Assembly: GCA_016178055.1 (NCBI GenBank)
Contig: JACOUC010000034.1
Span: 20,621-84,620, forward strand
Direction: 5' to 3'
Length of the DNA: 64,000 nt
Origin: Chlamydiota bacterium
GTDB taxonomy: Bacteria > Auribacterota > JACPWU01
In this document: positions 27,538-37,532 of the stretch, piece after piece
Position numbering within the stretch: the stretch's first letter is position 1
How the letters are laid out: the number at the start of each line of letters is the position of its first letter
Made by a program: the position numbers and the translations under genes
The notes under the pieces: generated by a model
What the model saw: the letters and a program-made list of their open reading frames with translations, nothing else
Databases searched by the model: none
What the model was told of the DNA's origin: nothing

Positions 27538-28653
27538 CTAGTTACTATATACTATCCTTCCCGCGACCATTGTCATTTTTACATTAAAGGCTTCGTCCAC
27601 CAAAACAATATCTGCAAATTTTCCAGGCTCAAGGCTTCCGTATTCCTGATTAATCCCGAGCACCTTTGCAGGGTTTAAACTTGCAGCGTTAATAGCACTT
27701 GCTTCACCCACATTGGCAAATTGTATCAAATTTAAAATCGCCCGGCGAAGAGAAAGAGCGCTTCCCGCTAAAGTCCCGGTTTCTAAACGCGGAGGAGGTT
27801 GATTTATGTCATTGGATAGTGGCGTAAAACAATCGGTTGCTAAAACTAATTTTTCTAATCCTTTAATCTGAAGAAGCCACTTCACCATGAGCGGATGAAC
27901 ATGAATCCCGTCCGCAATCACCTCTGCAAAAACTCTGCTATTTGAAAGGATAGCACCTACAGCCCCCAGCTCCCTGTGATGAAGTCGAGGCATTTGATTA
28001 AATACATGCGTTCCATATTGAATCCCCAACTCAATGCCACAAGAAGCCTCTTCATAAGTCGCGTTCGTATGTCCCATCGATGGAAGAATATGGTGATCTT
28101 TTAGATAAGCAATCACCTCTCCTATTCCCTTTAATTCAGGAGCAAGCGTCATCAATGAAAGATTATTTTTAAAAGCATGTATCACCTCTTTTAAGAGAGC
28201 AAGCGAGGGCTTACGAATATAAGCAATGGGTTGCGCCCCGGCTTGTTTACAATTGAGAAAAGGCCCTTCTAAATGGCATCCGAGAATCTCAGCTCCTTTT
28301 AAACGACCCTTTACAGATTTAATCAAATCGCCATAGCTCTTTAATTTTTGAAGAGGTGCCGTACAGAATGTTGCCAGGAAACGCGTGGTCCCAAAACGGG
28401 CATGACTACTTGAAATATCCTCAACATACTGGCGGGGATCTTTAGATTTTCCCGGCAGATCACAATGAAGATGTAAATCAATAAAACCCGGAATGACGCG
28501 AAGGCCCGATGCATCAACTGAAGTTGCTTTTCTTGAAGAAATTTTGGGGCTTATTTCCTCAATTTTTCCGTTTTTGACCAGGAGATCTCCGAAAACAAAC
28601 TGATCTCCTTGAAGAATTTTTCCACCGACAATGGCAACAGGTCGAGATTGCAT
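27538..28653 (-). CDS. nagA: N-acetylglucosamine-6-phosphate deacetylase
   Basis: 371 aa amidohydrolase; GFIDLHLH, HLEGPFLN, metal-binding His pattern of NagA. Confidence 0.8.
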   Translation of the reverse strand: MQSRPVAIVGGKILQGDQFVFGDLLVKNGKIEEISPKISSRKATSVDASGLRVIPGFIDLHLHCDLPGKSKDPRQYVEDISSSHARFGTTRFLATFCTAPLQKLKSYGDLIKSVKGRLKGAEILGCHLEGPFLNCKQAGAQPIAYIRKPSLALLKEVIHAFKNNLSLMTLAPELKGIGEVIAYLKDHHILPSMGHTNATYEEASCGIELGIQYGTHVFNQMPRLHHRELGAVGAILSNSRVFAEVIADGIHVHPLMVKWLLQIKGLEKLVLATDCFTPLSNDINQPPPRLETGTLAGSALSLRRAILNLIQFANVGEASAINAASLNPAKVLGINQEYGSLEPGKFADIVLVDEAFNVKMTMVAGRIVYSN

Positions 28654-28658
28654 GGACT

Positions 28659-28994
28659 TTAATCTAAGTTAAGAACAAGTTTAAGGGCTTTATCAACTTT
28701 CTCCATCTCATCGAGCGAAACCTCGGCCATCTTTTCTCCTAATCGCCTTTTGTCAAGGGTCCTCATCTGATCAAGCAAAACCTTATTTCTATTCCCCTTC
28801 AAAATGATCTCTGCTTCAAAGGGGTAAAGCTTCTTAGCCTCAGAAGTAATCGGAGCCACAATCACACGCGTAGAAACCTCATTTCCCACATCATTGGAAA
28901 CGATCAGACCTGGTCTCGTTTTTTTGATCTCGCTTCCAATAGCAGGATCAAGCCTGACCCAATAAACTTCCCCTCTTTTCGGAAATTTAATCAT
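28659..28994 (-). CDS. mazF: type II toxin-antitoxin toxin, PemK/MazF family endoribonuclease
   Basis: 111 aa; RGEVYWVRLDPAIGSEIKKTRPGLIVSND..RVIVAPITS. Confidence 0.8.
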   Translation of the reverse strand: MIKFPKRGEVYWVRLDPAIGSEIKKTRPGLIVSNDVGNEVSTRVIVAPITSEAKKLYPFEAEIILKGNRNKVLLDQMRTLDKRRLGEKMAEVSLDEMEKVDKALKLVLNLD

Positions 28995-29217
28995 GCCAAT
29001 GTTCCGCTTCTATCCTACTCCACTCAGAAATGACCTTTTTGCGAGTCTTGTCTTTCTCAGCCTTAATGTAAAACTGGCGCAATTGTTTTTGTTCCTCGGA
29101 AAGCCTCTCTAAAACAGCTTGAGAAATAAATCGTCCCATTTTTTTGGGCCCCACGAGAAGACGGAGCTGCTGATGAATGAAAGCAGGCATCAAAAACGTC
29201 ACTGTCCTCATTTTCAT
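28987..29217 (-). CDS. putative RHH/MazE-like antitoxin
   Basis: 76 aa, overlaps mazF start by 8 bp; GRFISQAVLERL ribbon-helix-helix-like. Confidence 0.5.
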   Translation of the reverse strand: MKMRTVTFLMPAFIHQQLRLLVGPKKMGRFISQAVLERLSEEQKQLRQFYIKAEKDKTRKKVISEWSRIEAEHWHD

Positions 29218-29280
29218 AACACCTTAAAACCTCCATCCTCTCAAAATAACATAAAAGTACTATTTATTAAATAGTAAATA

Positions 29281-30474
29281 TTAAATCCGGTCCTCCAACT
29301 CGCAAAGCCGCTTATGCTCGTTCAAGGCAAAACGATCCGTCATACCCGCAATATAATCGCAGACCACTTGATAAAGATGAGCCCCCTTCGTCATGCTGCC
29401 AAAGTCAGGTCCGCTGTTGGCGGATTGGCCCAAAGGGCTAACGACAGGGGGTGTGACTTTTAATTTTGCTTGAGTCGTTTCTTTCAGAAGATGAGGACTC
29501 TCCTGATAAATTTTAAAAAGATCGCAAACAACTTCATGCGCTCGGGTGTTCATCTTCTCTACCAGAACATGATTATAAAGAAATTTAAATAAAAACTCCC
29601 TTAAACTCTGCACTTGTTTTCTCATCAAAGGACTAAAGTCAATCAAGCGACGATTGACTTGGCTCAAATCATCTGGGCTTTTCAAATCAACCGATTGAAT
29701 CATCTTTTCACTGTTTTCAACCAAATCTGTCACCATGGAATTAATCATATTACGCACGGTGTAATAACAGCGAACTTCATTCTCAACATTCGGAAAATCA
29801 TTTTTCACTTTTTGAAAGGTATCAGTCCACAATTCGACTTGCTCAAGATCTTTTTCGTTCAATAATTCAGACGCCAGCCCATCATCGACGTCATGACAGA
29901 GGTAGGCCGTGTCATCAGAGCAATCAGCAATTTGAGCTTCCAGGCTTGAAAGATTTGCGACTTTACCTGGACGATGTTTTTGAATCCCTTCACGAACCTC
30001 CCAAGTCAAATTGAGTCCTTCAAACTGGGGGTAGCGCCTTTCCAGTTTCTCAACAATTCGAAGACTCTGCTGATTATGCTCAAATCCCCCAATATCTTTC
30101 ATCATGACATCCAGCGCTTTTTCCCCACTGTGACCGAAGGGAGGGTGTCCCACATCATGAGCCAGGCAAATCGCTTCAGTTAAATCTTCGTTCAAACATA
30201 AAGCCCTAGCGATGTTTCGGCCAATCTGAGCAACCTCCATCGTATGCGTTAGTCGCGTCCGATAATGATCCCCTTCATGGTTCACAAAAACTTGGGTCTT
30301 ATACTCCAAACGGCGAAAAGCCCGTGAATGAACAATGCGGTCCCGATCCCTTTGAAAAGCCGTTCGAAAAGGATGCTCCTCTTCGACATACACCCGTCCA
30401 GGCGTCTCTCCGCTTTTCCGTGCATAGGGAGCTAGAATTTTTTCTTCTATGGCTTCATACTCTTGACGAGTCAT
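29281..30474 (-). CDS. dgt: dGTP triphosphohydrolase-like HD-domain protein
   Basis: HSRAFRRLEYKTQVF..HYRTRLTHTMEVAQIGR..HDVGHPPFGH; start at MTRQEY (upstream 21 codons in ORF track are repeat A8 translation). Confidence 0.8.
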   Translation of the reverse strand: MTRQEYEAIEEKILAPYARKSGETPGRVYVEEEHPFRTAFQRDRDRIVHSRAFRRLEYKTQVFVNHEGDHYRTRLTHTMEVAQIGRNIARALCLNEDLTEAICLAHDVGHPPFGHSGEKALDVMMKDIGGFEHNQQSLRIVEKLERRYPQFEGLNLTWEVREGIQKHRPGKVANLSSLEAQIADCSDDTAYLCHDVDDGLASELLNEKDLEQVELWTDTFQKVKNDFPNVENEVRCYYTVRNMINSMVTDLVENSEKMIQSVDLKSPDDLSQVNRRLIDFSPLMRKQVQSLREFLFKFLYNHVLVEKMNTRAHEVVCDLFKIYQESPHLLKETTQAKLKVTPPVVSPLGQSANSGPDFGSMTKGAHLYQVVCDYIAGMTDRFALNEHKRLCELEDRI

Positions 30475-30488
30475 ATCATAACCTCTGA

Positions 30489-30616
30489 AAATCCAAAATC
30501 CAAAAATCAAAATGCAAAATGACGATCCAAAATTCAAATATTTTTAACGCAACGACATGGGAAACATTTTGGATTTTGATGTGTCATTTTGATTTTTGAT
30601 TTTTGATTTTTGATTT
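30489..30616. repeat. Family A palindromic element (copy A8) between dgt start and der stop
   Basis: aaatccaaaatccaaaaatcaaaatgcaaaatgacgatccaaaattcaaat .. ttttggattttgatgtgtcattttgatttttgatttttgatttttgattt. Confidence 0.8.
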
Positions 30617-31939
30617 ATAAGTAAATTGTATGGGAACCCCTTCAAAACCAAATTTTTTTCGAAACTCTCGTTCTAGAAAAAACCGGTAGGACTCTTTCAC
30701 AAAGTTTGCCTGATTGACTTGAATACTAAATTGAGGGGGGGTTACTCCATCCTGAGTCATCGAAAAAAATCGAGGGACATGTCCTTGTTCACTGGGAGGT
30801 TGACGAAACTCTATCGCCCGATGAATAAATTTGTCTAGATCGTCTTCTGAAATTCGAACCCGCGCATTGTCATAAACTTGAATAATTTTTTGAATTAAAT
30901 TTTCGATTCTAAACCCTGTTAAGGCTGAACAAAAAATCATAGGATAAATCTCCAAAAACTTCCACCGTGAGACCAGCATCTTAGAAAATTCTTTTTCAGG
31001 TGCTTCTTTAACCAGATCCCATTTATTCAAAGCCAAGACACATCCCTTCATGCCTCTACGAATCTCATCCAAAATCCTGACATCTTGAGCACTCACTCCA
31101 GAGGCACCATCTAAAACTAAAACCGAAAGATCAGCCCGGCGAATACTGTTTAAAGCCCGCATGACACTGAAAGTCTCAGGGCCCCTTCGAACCTGTTTTC
31201 TCTTACGCATCCCGGCGGTATCCACAAAAACAAAGGGTCGTCCTCCAATTTCAATCTCGACATCTACCGCATCCCGTGTGGTTCCAGGAGCATCATCTAC
31301 AATTAAACGTTTTTTTCCAAAAAGATGATTGATCAGGGTTGATTTTCCTACATTGGGTTTTCCAACCACCGACACTTTAATCGCATCAACAACAGGAATC
31401 ACTTTTTGATCTTTATTCTCATCGCTTTTTTCAGGTTTTTCTAATATTTCTTCTACAAAATCCATTAATTCTGAAATACCTCGCCCATGGGTTGCAGAAA
31501 TCATCACCACCGGTTCAAAACCTAATTGATGAAACTCTCGAGCGGCCAATTCCTCATTCAGATTATCTACTTTATTGACCACCAAAAACACCTTTTTCCC
31601 AGATTCTCTAACCCACCTGGCCACCTCTCGATCCAGTGACGTGATCCCTTCTTGGACATCGACTGTAAAAAGTAAAAGGCTGGCTTCTTTTAAAGCTTCG
31701 CGGACCTGTTCGCGAACTTGTTGATGAAGAGAATCCTTTTCTCGAAGATCCACACCTCCGGTATCCACCAAATTAAAGAGAAGTCCATTGGATTCACAAC
31801 GTGTCTGAACCCGATCACGTGTCACACCCGATTCTTCATGAACAATTGAAATCCGATGGCCTACAAGACGGTTAAAGAGCGTCGATTTTCCGACATTGGG
31901 TCGACCAATAATGGCAATGGTATTTTTTTTAAGCATCAT
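30584..31939 (-). CDS. der: ribosome-biogenesis GTPase Der (EngA), double GTPase domain; C-terminal KIKNQKSK tail and TGA from Family A repeat
   Basis: Two P-loops GRPNVGKST and GKPNVGKST, KH-like C-terminus. Confidence 0.9.
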   Translation of the reverse strand: MMLKKNTIAIIGRPNVGKSTLFNRLVGHRISIVHEESGVTRDRVQTRCESNGLLFNLVDTGGVDLREKDSLHQQVREQVREALKEASLLLFTVDVQEGITSLDREVARWVRESGKKVFLVVNKVDNLNEELAAREFHQLGFEPVVMISATHGRGISELMDFVEEILEKPEKSDENKDQKVIPVVDAIKVSVVGKPNVGKSTLINHLFGKKRLIVDDAPGTTRDAVDVEIEIGGRPFVFVDTAGMRKRKQVRRGPETFSVMRALNSIRRADLSVLVLDGASGVSAQDVRILDEIRRGMKGCVLALNKWDLVKEAPEKEFSKMLVSRWKFLEIYPMIFCSALTGFRIENLIQKIIQVYDNARVRISEDDLDKFIHRAIEFRQPPSEQGHVPRFFSMTQDGVTPPQFSIQVNQANFVKESYRFFLEREFRKKFGFEGVPIQFTYKSKIKNQKSK

Positions 31940-31990
31940 TCGTCCTCATGTAATTCGTTCTTTTACTACCGACTCATTTCTATCGACTAC

Positions 31991-32593
31991 TTATTGTATT
32001 TTAATGCTTCCATTTAATTGGCGGCTTCCAAAAATAAAATATCCAATGGCAGACGAAAAAGTCGCTAGGGCCGCCGCCCAAACCCAACACTGGGGACCCG
32101 GAAACTTCAGCAAAATCCAAGCGATGCTAATCATTTGCAAAAAAGTGGTCATTTTCCCTAAAGGGTTTGGAACAACCTTAACACTTCCATTAAGCATGTG
32201 AATAAGAATCGCTCCCAATACAATAAAAGCATCACGAGATATGGCTAAAACAGCGAACCAAAATGGAAGATGATATCCCAAGGATGAATTAGGAAGGGTC
32301 AGTAAAATAATGGACGAAATCAAAAGCAGTTTATCTGCAATAGGATCTAAGAAAGTTCCTAAAGTTGTTTTCTGGTTACGCGTACGGGCAATGAAACCAT
32401 CCACCGCATCCGTGATAATGGCTAAACCAAAAATCACCAGCGCCGTTATCCTCAACCACTCCCCTTCCAATTCTTTCGCCTCTCGATAACTTAAAATCAA
32501 AACAACAAAAATAGGAACCAAAAGAATTCTTCCCATCGTAATCCGATTGGCAAGATTGAGAGAACTTTTTTTAACGATCGACTCAACATTCAT
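31991..32593 (-). CDS. pgsA: CDP-diacylglycerol--glycerol-3-phosphate 3-phosphatidyltransferase
   Basis: 200 aa; CDP-alcohol phosphatidyltransferase motif DAVDGFIARTRNQKTTLGTFLDPIADK. Confidence 0.8.
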   Translation of the reverse strand: MNVESIVKKSSLNLANRITMGRILLVPIFVVLILSYREAKELEGEWLRITALVIFGLAIITDAVDGFIARTRNQKTTLGTFLDPIADKLLLISSIILLTLPNSSLGYHLPFWFAVLAISRDAFIVLGAILIHMLNGSVKVVPNPLGKMTTFLQMISIAWILLKFPGPQCWVWAAALATFSSAIGYFIFGSRQLNGSIKIQ

Positions 32594-32640
32594 TGAATTT
32601 TGAACCCTTAAACTTTGAACTTTGAACTTTAAACTGTCTT
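32590..32640. repeat. Family C repeat (AACTTTGAACTTTAAACTG words); supplies TAA stop of gltX
   Basis: aactttgaactttgaactttaaactg; related copies 42592-42700 and 59680-59700/59840-59868. Confidence 0.6.
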
Positions 32641-33939
32641 TATAGCTTCTTCCAGTCTCTTCAAAACTGTTTCTTTTCCCAATAAACTCATCACTTCAAA
32701 AATCCCAGGGCTCACCGATCTTCCGGTCAGGGCAACTCGAGTTGGATGAATAAGATCTCCGGCCTTCACTCCTAAAGACTTGGCTAAATCTCTCGTAACT
32801 ATTTCAAGTTGAGCAGAGGTAAATTCTGTAACTCCTTGAAGCTTTTCCTTGAATGTTTTTAGTCTCTCCTTTGCAGATGAATCTGAAAGATACTTTTGAA
32901 AAGCCTCAGAATTTAAACTCACAGAATCTTCAAAAAAATAGGACGATTCCGTGTAAAAATCTGAAAAGGTTTTAACCCTTTCTTGAAAAAGTCTAGCAAC
33001 CCCCTTCAAAATTTCTTGAGACGGCTCCTTTCCCCACTTCTGGCAAATACAAAAGAGAAGATAGTCCTGAAATGCCTGAGGCCCTAGTTTGCGAAGATAC
33101 TGTGAATTCATCCATTCTAATTTTTCTAAATTAAAAATAGAACTCTTACGATTGATACGTTCGAGAGAAAAGAGTTTCACGAGTTCATCTCGCTCCATGA
33201 GTTCCAAGTCATGACCCGGAGACCAACCCAAAAGCGCCAAAAAATTAATGAGCGTCTGAGGAAGAAAACCCGCCTCTTTATATTGCAGGACAGATGTCGC
33301 CCCATGACGCTTACTCAAGCGCTCGCCATCTCTTCCCAAAATCATAGGCACATGCGCAAATTGAGGTGGAGCAAACTCCAACGCCTCATAAAGGGCTAAT
33401 TGCTTGGGCGTATTAGAGAGGTGATCATCTCCACGGATGACATGGGTGATTTTTAAAAGCGCATCATCGATGACACAGGCAAAATGATAAGTCGGTGTTC
33501 CATCCGATTTTAAAATGACCAATTCGCTCAAGAGGCTGTTGTCAAATTCTAAATTTCCATAAACCAGATCTTTAACTTGAACTTTTTTCGGAGGCATTTT
33601 AAAAACCGTTGCACCCTCAAAAACATGTGCCGCCCCCTTCTTAACGAGTTGAGCCGCATAATCCCGATAAAGGAGAAATCGATCCGATTGATAAATAGGA
33701 CCCTCGTCCCAATTCAAACCTAACCACTGTAAGCTCTCCAAAATTTCATCCCTGAAACGGGATTCTGACCGAGTCCGATCGGTATCTTCAATTCTAAGCT
33801 GGAAAATTCCCCCTAGATGACGGGCAAAAAGCCAATTAAAAAGGGCCGTTCGTGCCCCCCCAATATGGAGAAAACCCGTAGGGCTCGGTGCAAACCGAAC
33901 ACGAATCTTTGATGGTGAAAAATTTTTTGATTCCATCAT
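32629..33939 (-). CDS. gltX: glutamate--tRNA ligase
   Basis: 436 aa; RFAPSPTGFLHIGGARTALFNWLFARH (HIGH), KLSKRHG (KMSKS). Confidence 0.9.
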   Translation of the reverse strand: MMESKNFSPSKIRVRFAPSPTGFLHIGGARTALFNWLFARHLGGIFQLRIEDTDRTRSESRFRDEILESLQWLGLNWDEGPIYQSDRFLLYRDYAAQLVKKGAAHVFEGATVFKMPPKKVQVKDLVYGNLEFDNSLLSELVILKSDGTPTYHFACVIDDALLKITHVIRGDDHLSNTPKQLALYEALEFAPPQFAHVPMILGRDGERLSKRHGATSVLQYKEAGFLPQTLINFLALLGWSPGHDLELMERDELVKLFSLERINRKSSIFNLEKLEWMNSQYLRKLGPQAFQDYLLFCICQKWGKEPSQEILKGVARLFQERVKTFSDFYTESSYFFEDSVSLNSEAFQKYLSDSSAKERLKTFKEKLQGVTEFTSAQLEIVTRDLAKSLGVKAGDLIHPTRVALTGRSVSPGIFEVMSLLGKETVLKRLEEAIKTV

Positions 33940-34102
33940 TGACCTTTAACACCTAACATCTCATTTTCCTTAAACTGTCATCATAAATGAAATAAGAACA
34001 TTTTGCATTGCAAAATATATAAAATCTAATAGAAGATATTTTCATTGTTGATCATCCTATCCCCCTATGATAGGATGTCCAGTAAACAAGGAGGAAACAA
34101 AC

Positions 34103-34699
34103 ATGAGTAAGAAGTGGGTATCGACCATTGCATTATCTTTATTTCTTTTAACTGTTTCACATGGTTTTTCTGAACAAGTATTTGGAGTAGATCTTCCACC
34201 GGGAGCAACTCCTGACGAAACTTTGACTAATCTTTCCAAAGAAAGTGCAGACAAAATGCAAGCCGGCGTTCCAGAGGCTAGCCGAATCAAATTTGAACAG
34301 AAAGTGTATACCACCAAAGATTCTTTTAATGATGTTTTAGCCTATTATGAGAAAATCTTTGGAATGAAAGCCCAGGCCTTTGATCCTAAAAATCCTTCAG
34401 GTTTAGGTCCAGAAGGCTTTGCACTCCGTCAAGAAGTAGATATGAAGGAAGTTGCCTCTTCAGCAAAGCTCTTTAATGACAAGCTGGATGCTACCAAATA
34501 TGAAGGAAAGGTTCAGCTTGCTCTTTTCAATAAGCCCAAACTTCCTATGGTTCAAATTGTGGATCAAGGACTTAATTGGCAAGATGGAAGTGTAATCAAA
34601 TCAACGATTATTGGAATCACAAAACAGCCTGAGCTTCCAGCGCTTCAAACCCAGAGTGCAGCACCATCTCCAGTAACAACCGATACGGCAGCAAAGTAG
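34103..34699 (+). CDS. hypothetical secreted protein
   Basis: RBS aaggagg; signal peptide MSKKWVSTIALSLFLLTVSHGFS. Confidence 0.4.
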   Translation: MSKKWVSTIALSLFLLTVSHGFSEQVFGVDLPPGATPDETLTNLSKESADKMQAGVPEASRIKFEQKVYTTKDSFNDVLAYYEKIFGMKAQAFDPKNPSGLGPEGFALRQEVDMKEVASSAKLFNDKLDATKYEGKVQLALFNKPKLPMVQIVDQGLNWQDGSVIKSTIIGITKQPELPALQTQSAAPSPVTTDTAAK

Positions 34700-34720
34700 G
34701 CTATTGTAGGGATCGGATTT

Positions 34721-34797
34721 ATCCCACCACCTGCTGTTGGCTCTTCTGGCCAGTCCGATAGAATCGGACCCATTGATGGTATAGCAGGTGGTGGGAT
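34721..34797. repeat. long inverted repeat / stem-loop (15-bp arms taatcccaccacctgct)
   Basis: atcccaccacctgct (34721-34735) pairs with agcaggtggtgggat (34783-34797); nested palindrome tccgatagaatcgga. Confidence 0.5.
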
Positions 34798-34820
34798 TAT
34801 CAGATCCGTTTTAAATTATT

Positions 34821-34856
34821 TAAAAAACAGCCTTCCATCATGAGAGGCTGTTTTTT
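34821..34856. terminator. bidirectional rho-independent terminator
   Basis: aaaaaacagcctt ccatcatgag aggctgtttttt, A-run and T-run on both sides, between convergent genes. Confidence 0.7.
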
Positions 34857-36690
34857 ATGCCCATTTCTCTGCTTTTATTTTTTGAATCATTTCGTGTGCA
34901 AACTCATTCTTAGGGTCTAAAAGAAGCACCCTCTTTAAAATAAGCATCCCTTTTTCTATTTGCCCTGTTCTCAGGACCACAGAGGCAAGACTACACAAAC
35001 GGCTCGGGTCATAGGGATTCATCCTGACCTGAAGCAACAAATGTTGACCCGCCTTCTCTAAATCCCCCATGCGACTATAAATCGTTCCCAAATTACCATG
35101 GACTGAAGCAAAAAACGGGGCAAATTCTATGACCTTCTCATAAGTTTTTGCTGCTTCTTCATTTCTCTCCATCAAACCATATAAAAAGGCCATCCTGTAT
35201 CTCGCCTCAATATGTTGCTGGTTTATTTGAAGCGCTTTTTGATAAAAAGAAAGCGCCTTCTCGTAAAAACCCTGTTTTCTTGCCTGAACACCCTTTTCAA
35301 AATAAACCTCCGAAAGAAAAGGGCGAAAGAATCCTTGGTAAAAAACAGTCACGGAAACGATCACACCTGAAAAACAGATAATTCTTTGAACAAATGAATT
35401 TTTTCTGAAGGACTTCTTTTCCCCTTTGTCTAGGAAACAAAGCCCATAACTGGTCCCTAAAAAAGACCAAAAGACAAACTTGGACGATAAGTATCGCAAA
35501 TTGACATCAAATAAATTCTCAAAATAAAGAAGCAGGGCTCCTAAAAGAAGAGAAAAAAGAATATTTTTTGAAAAGGGATCTAGAGACTTTGCCCTTTCAA
35601 ATGCTTTAATGCCAAGCAAAAGCAAGAAAAGGATAAAAACCAATACCCCGATAATCCCCGTCTCAGCAAAAAGTTCCAATATTTCCGAATGAGCATGATC
35701 TGTATTATCGACACTTTCTGAATTGATAAAATATTCTGGAATCCGGTATGGGGGATAAAAGACAAAATATTGACCCGGTCCACATCCCAACAAGGGATGA
35801 TCTTGAATGAGTTGAAGAGTCCCCTTCCAAATAAAGGGGCGAACATCTTGAACAATTTGTGTCACTAAAGATTCTTTAACCCAGGGAATTTGGAAAATAA
35901 AAATGACAAAAGCTCCGTAGACCCCAAGAGTCCCTAACCGCAATCGACGATTTTTAAAATGAATAAGAATTAAAAAAGGGATACTCAGCCCCAAACTCAA
36001 AACCATCGCCCAGGAGCGGATAAAAACGGCATTGATCATAAAGAGGATGAGATCAATAAGAGAGATAAATTGCAGCGCTTTCCCCCCCCTTAATTTAAGG
36101 GGGGCAAGGGGGTTTATTTCATTTCTTAACCCAAGAAGCAACACAGGCCAAAGTGCAATAAGATAAGCCCCGTAAAAATTTGGATTTCCAAAGAAGGATG
36201 TTGGCTTATTCCCCAACCAAGGACTTTGATGAAAGAGAATTTGAAATATTCCCATTCCAAGAATAAAGAGAAGAGCAAGGTTATTGATCTTGATAAAAAA
36301 ATGTGCAAAACCCTTTTCAGCTAGCCTGGCATAGGCATAAAAAAAGAATATCAGAAGGCCCAATTCTGAAAGATACGGAATAGCTGAAAGATGCGATGAA
36401 CTCATCAAAAGACTCACAGCATTCACCACCCAAAACAGAAGAAGAAGACCATCCATCCATCGATTTCTAATCTTAAAGATTCGAACCTCATCAAAATTTA
36501 AAAAAATAATTGAAAGAAGAACACACCCCCCTAGTCCAAAGACTAAGTTTTTAATCTGAGTCGGATAATAGGTGATGGAACTGTAAGCGAGGGGAATAGA
36601 AAGAACGAGGAATACTAAACAAACGATTGGGAGTCTATCAAAAAAATATTTTGGGCGATTCGTAGAGGTAGAAATTATTTTCTTAACCAA
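34855..36690 (-). CDS. O-antigen ligase/polymerase-like polytopic membrane protein with C-terminal TPR repeats
   Basis: 611 aa; about 10 TM N-terminal region, TPR repeats in last about 150 aa. Confidence 0.5.
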   Translation of the reverse strand: MVKKIISTSTNRPKYFFDRLPIVCLVFLVLSIPLAYSSITYYPTQIKNLVFGLGGCVLLSIIFLNFDEVRIFKIRNRWMDGLLLLFWVVNAVSLLMSSSHLSAIPYLSELGLLIFFFYAYARLAEKGFAHFFIKINNLALLFILGMGIFQILFHQSPWLGNKPTSFFGNPNFYGAYLIALWPVLLLGLRNEINPLAPLKLRGGKALQFISLIDLILFMINAVFIRSWAMVLSLGLSIPFLILIHFKNRRLRLGTLGVYGAFVIFIFQIPWVKESLVTQIVQDVRPFIWKGTLQLIQDHPLLGCGPGQYFVFYPPYRIPEYFINSESVDNTDHAHSEILELFAETGIIGVLVFILFLLLLGIKAFERAKSLDPFSKNILFSLLLGALLLYFENLFDVNLRYLSSKFVFWSFLGTSYGLCFLDKGEKKSFRKNSFVQRIICFSGVIVSVTVFYQGFFRPFLSEVYFEKGVQARKQGFYEKALSFYQKALQINQQHIEARYRMAFLYGLMERNEEAAKTYEKVIEFAPFFASVHGNLGTIYSRMGDLEKAGQHLLLQVRMNPYDPSRLCSLASVVLRTGQIEKGMLILKRVLLLDPKNEFAHEMIQKIKAEKWA

Positions 36691-37124
36691 TATGCCAACT
36701 CCGTCGTCGAATAAACTTTTACATCAGTCTGATTTTTCAAACCTTTATCATTCGACCATACAGAAATTTTAAGAAAGAGGGCAAGAGCCAAGTAGGGTGC
36801 ATCTTCGTCGTGAGGAGCCAAGACCAATGCTTTTGAAAAATATGACTGATAAGATTGATAAGGAACTGTTTTAATATTCTGTGTTAACAAAATTAACAAA
36901 TGATCTATTTCTTTTATCGTTAAACCAATTCTCCTTCTCAATGAAGCATCTTCTCTTAAGTGTTTTGATACTTCAAAAATTAAATACTCTGGAGCAAAAA
37001 GACTCAAGCGCGCATCCAATAAAAGCTCTCTCGTAAAAGCTTCCTTTTTAAAACACGCCAGAAGAATATTAGCATCAATAACTAATTCCAATCTAATCTT
37101 CCTTATGATGTTTCTTGAAAACAC
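36675..37124 (-). CDS. PIN-domain protein (VapC-like putative toxin)
   Basis: 149 aa; LVIDANILLACF N-terminal PIN signature with acidic residues. Confidence 0.55.
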   Translation of the reverse strand: MFSRNIIRKIRLELVIDANILLACFKKEAFTRELLLDARLSLFAPEYLIFEVSKHLREDASLRRRIGLTIKEIDHLLILLTQNIKTVPYQSYQSYFSKALVLAPHDEDAPYLALALFLKISVWSNDKGLKNQTDVKVYSTTELAYWLRK

Positions 37125-37320
37125 GTTTCCTTATCTGAACACTGTTCCTCTCTATCTCCAACGTACCGAGAGAACTTTTTGAAAGAAGTTCTTTCATTTT
37201 TTCCAAGATACGGGTCTTTTCCCAAATGGCAACTCGTGCGACCTCTGACCAGTTAATCTCTTTAAAATGACTCATACGCTGTTTTAATTCTTTTGGAATG
37301 GCTAACGTCATGTTTGGCAT
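37093..37320 (-). CDS. putative antitoxin partner of PIN protein
   Basis: 75 aa, overlaps PIN gene start by 32 bp; MTLAIPKELKQRM..WSEVARVAI. Confidence 0.4.
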   Translation of the reverse strand: MPNMTLAIPKELKQRMSHFKEINWSEVARVAIWEKTRILEKMKELLSKSSLGTLEIERNSVQIRKRVFKKHHKED

Positions 37321-37532
37321 AAATTAGGCTCTCCTTACCAGACAAATATGAGTGTAATATGTGATTACACATATTACAAGGGAATACGGACGGAAACATA
37401 GAAACATAGTAATCTGTCTCTTTTATGGGAAAGGAAGAGCAATGTCATTCATGATTTTTGTAATAAAAAAAAAGTGCCTTGACGTAACGTCGGGGCACTC
37501 TTTTAAAAACTTTCTTCCTACAAAAAAGAAAA

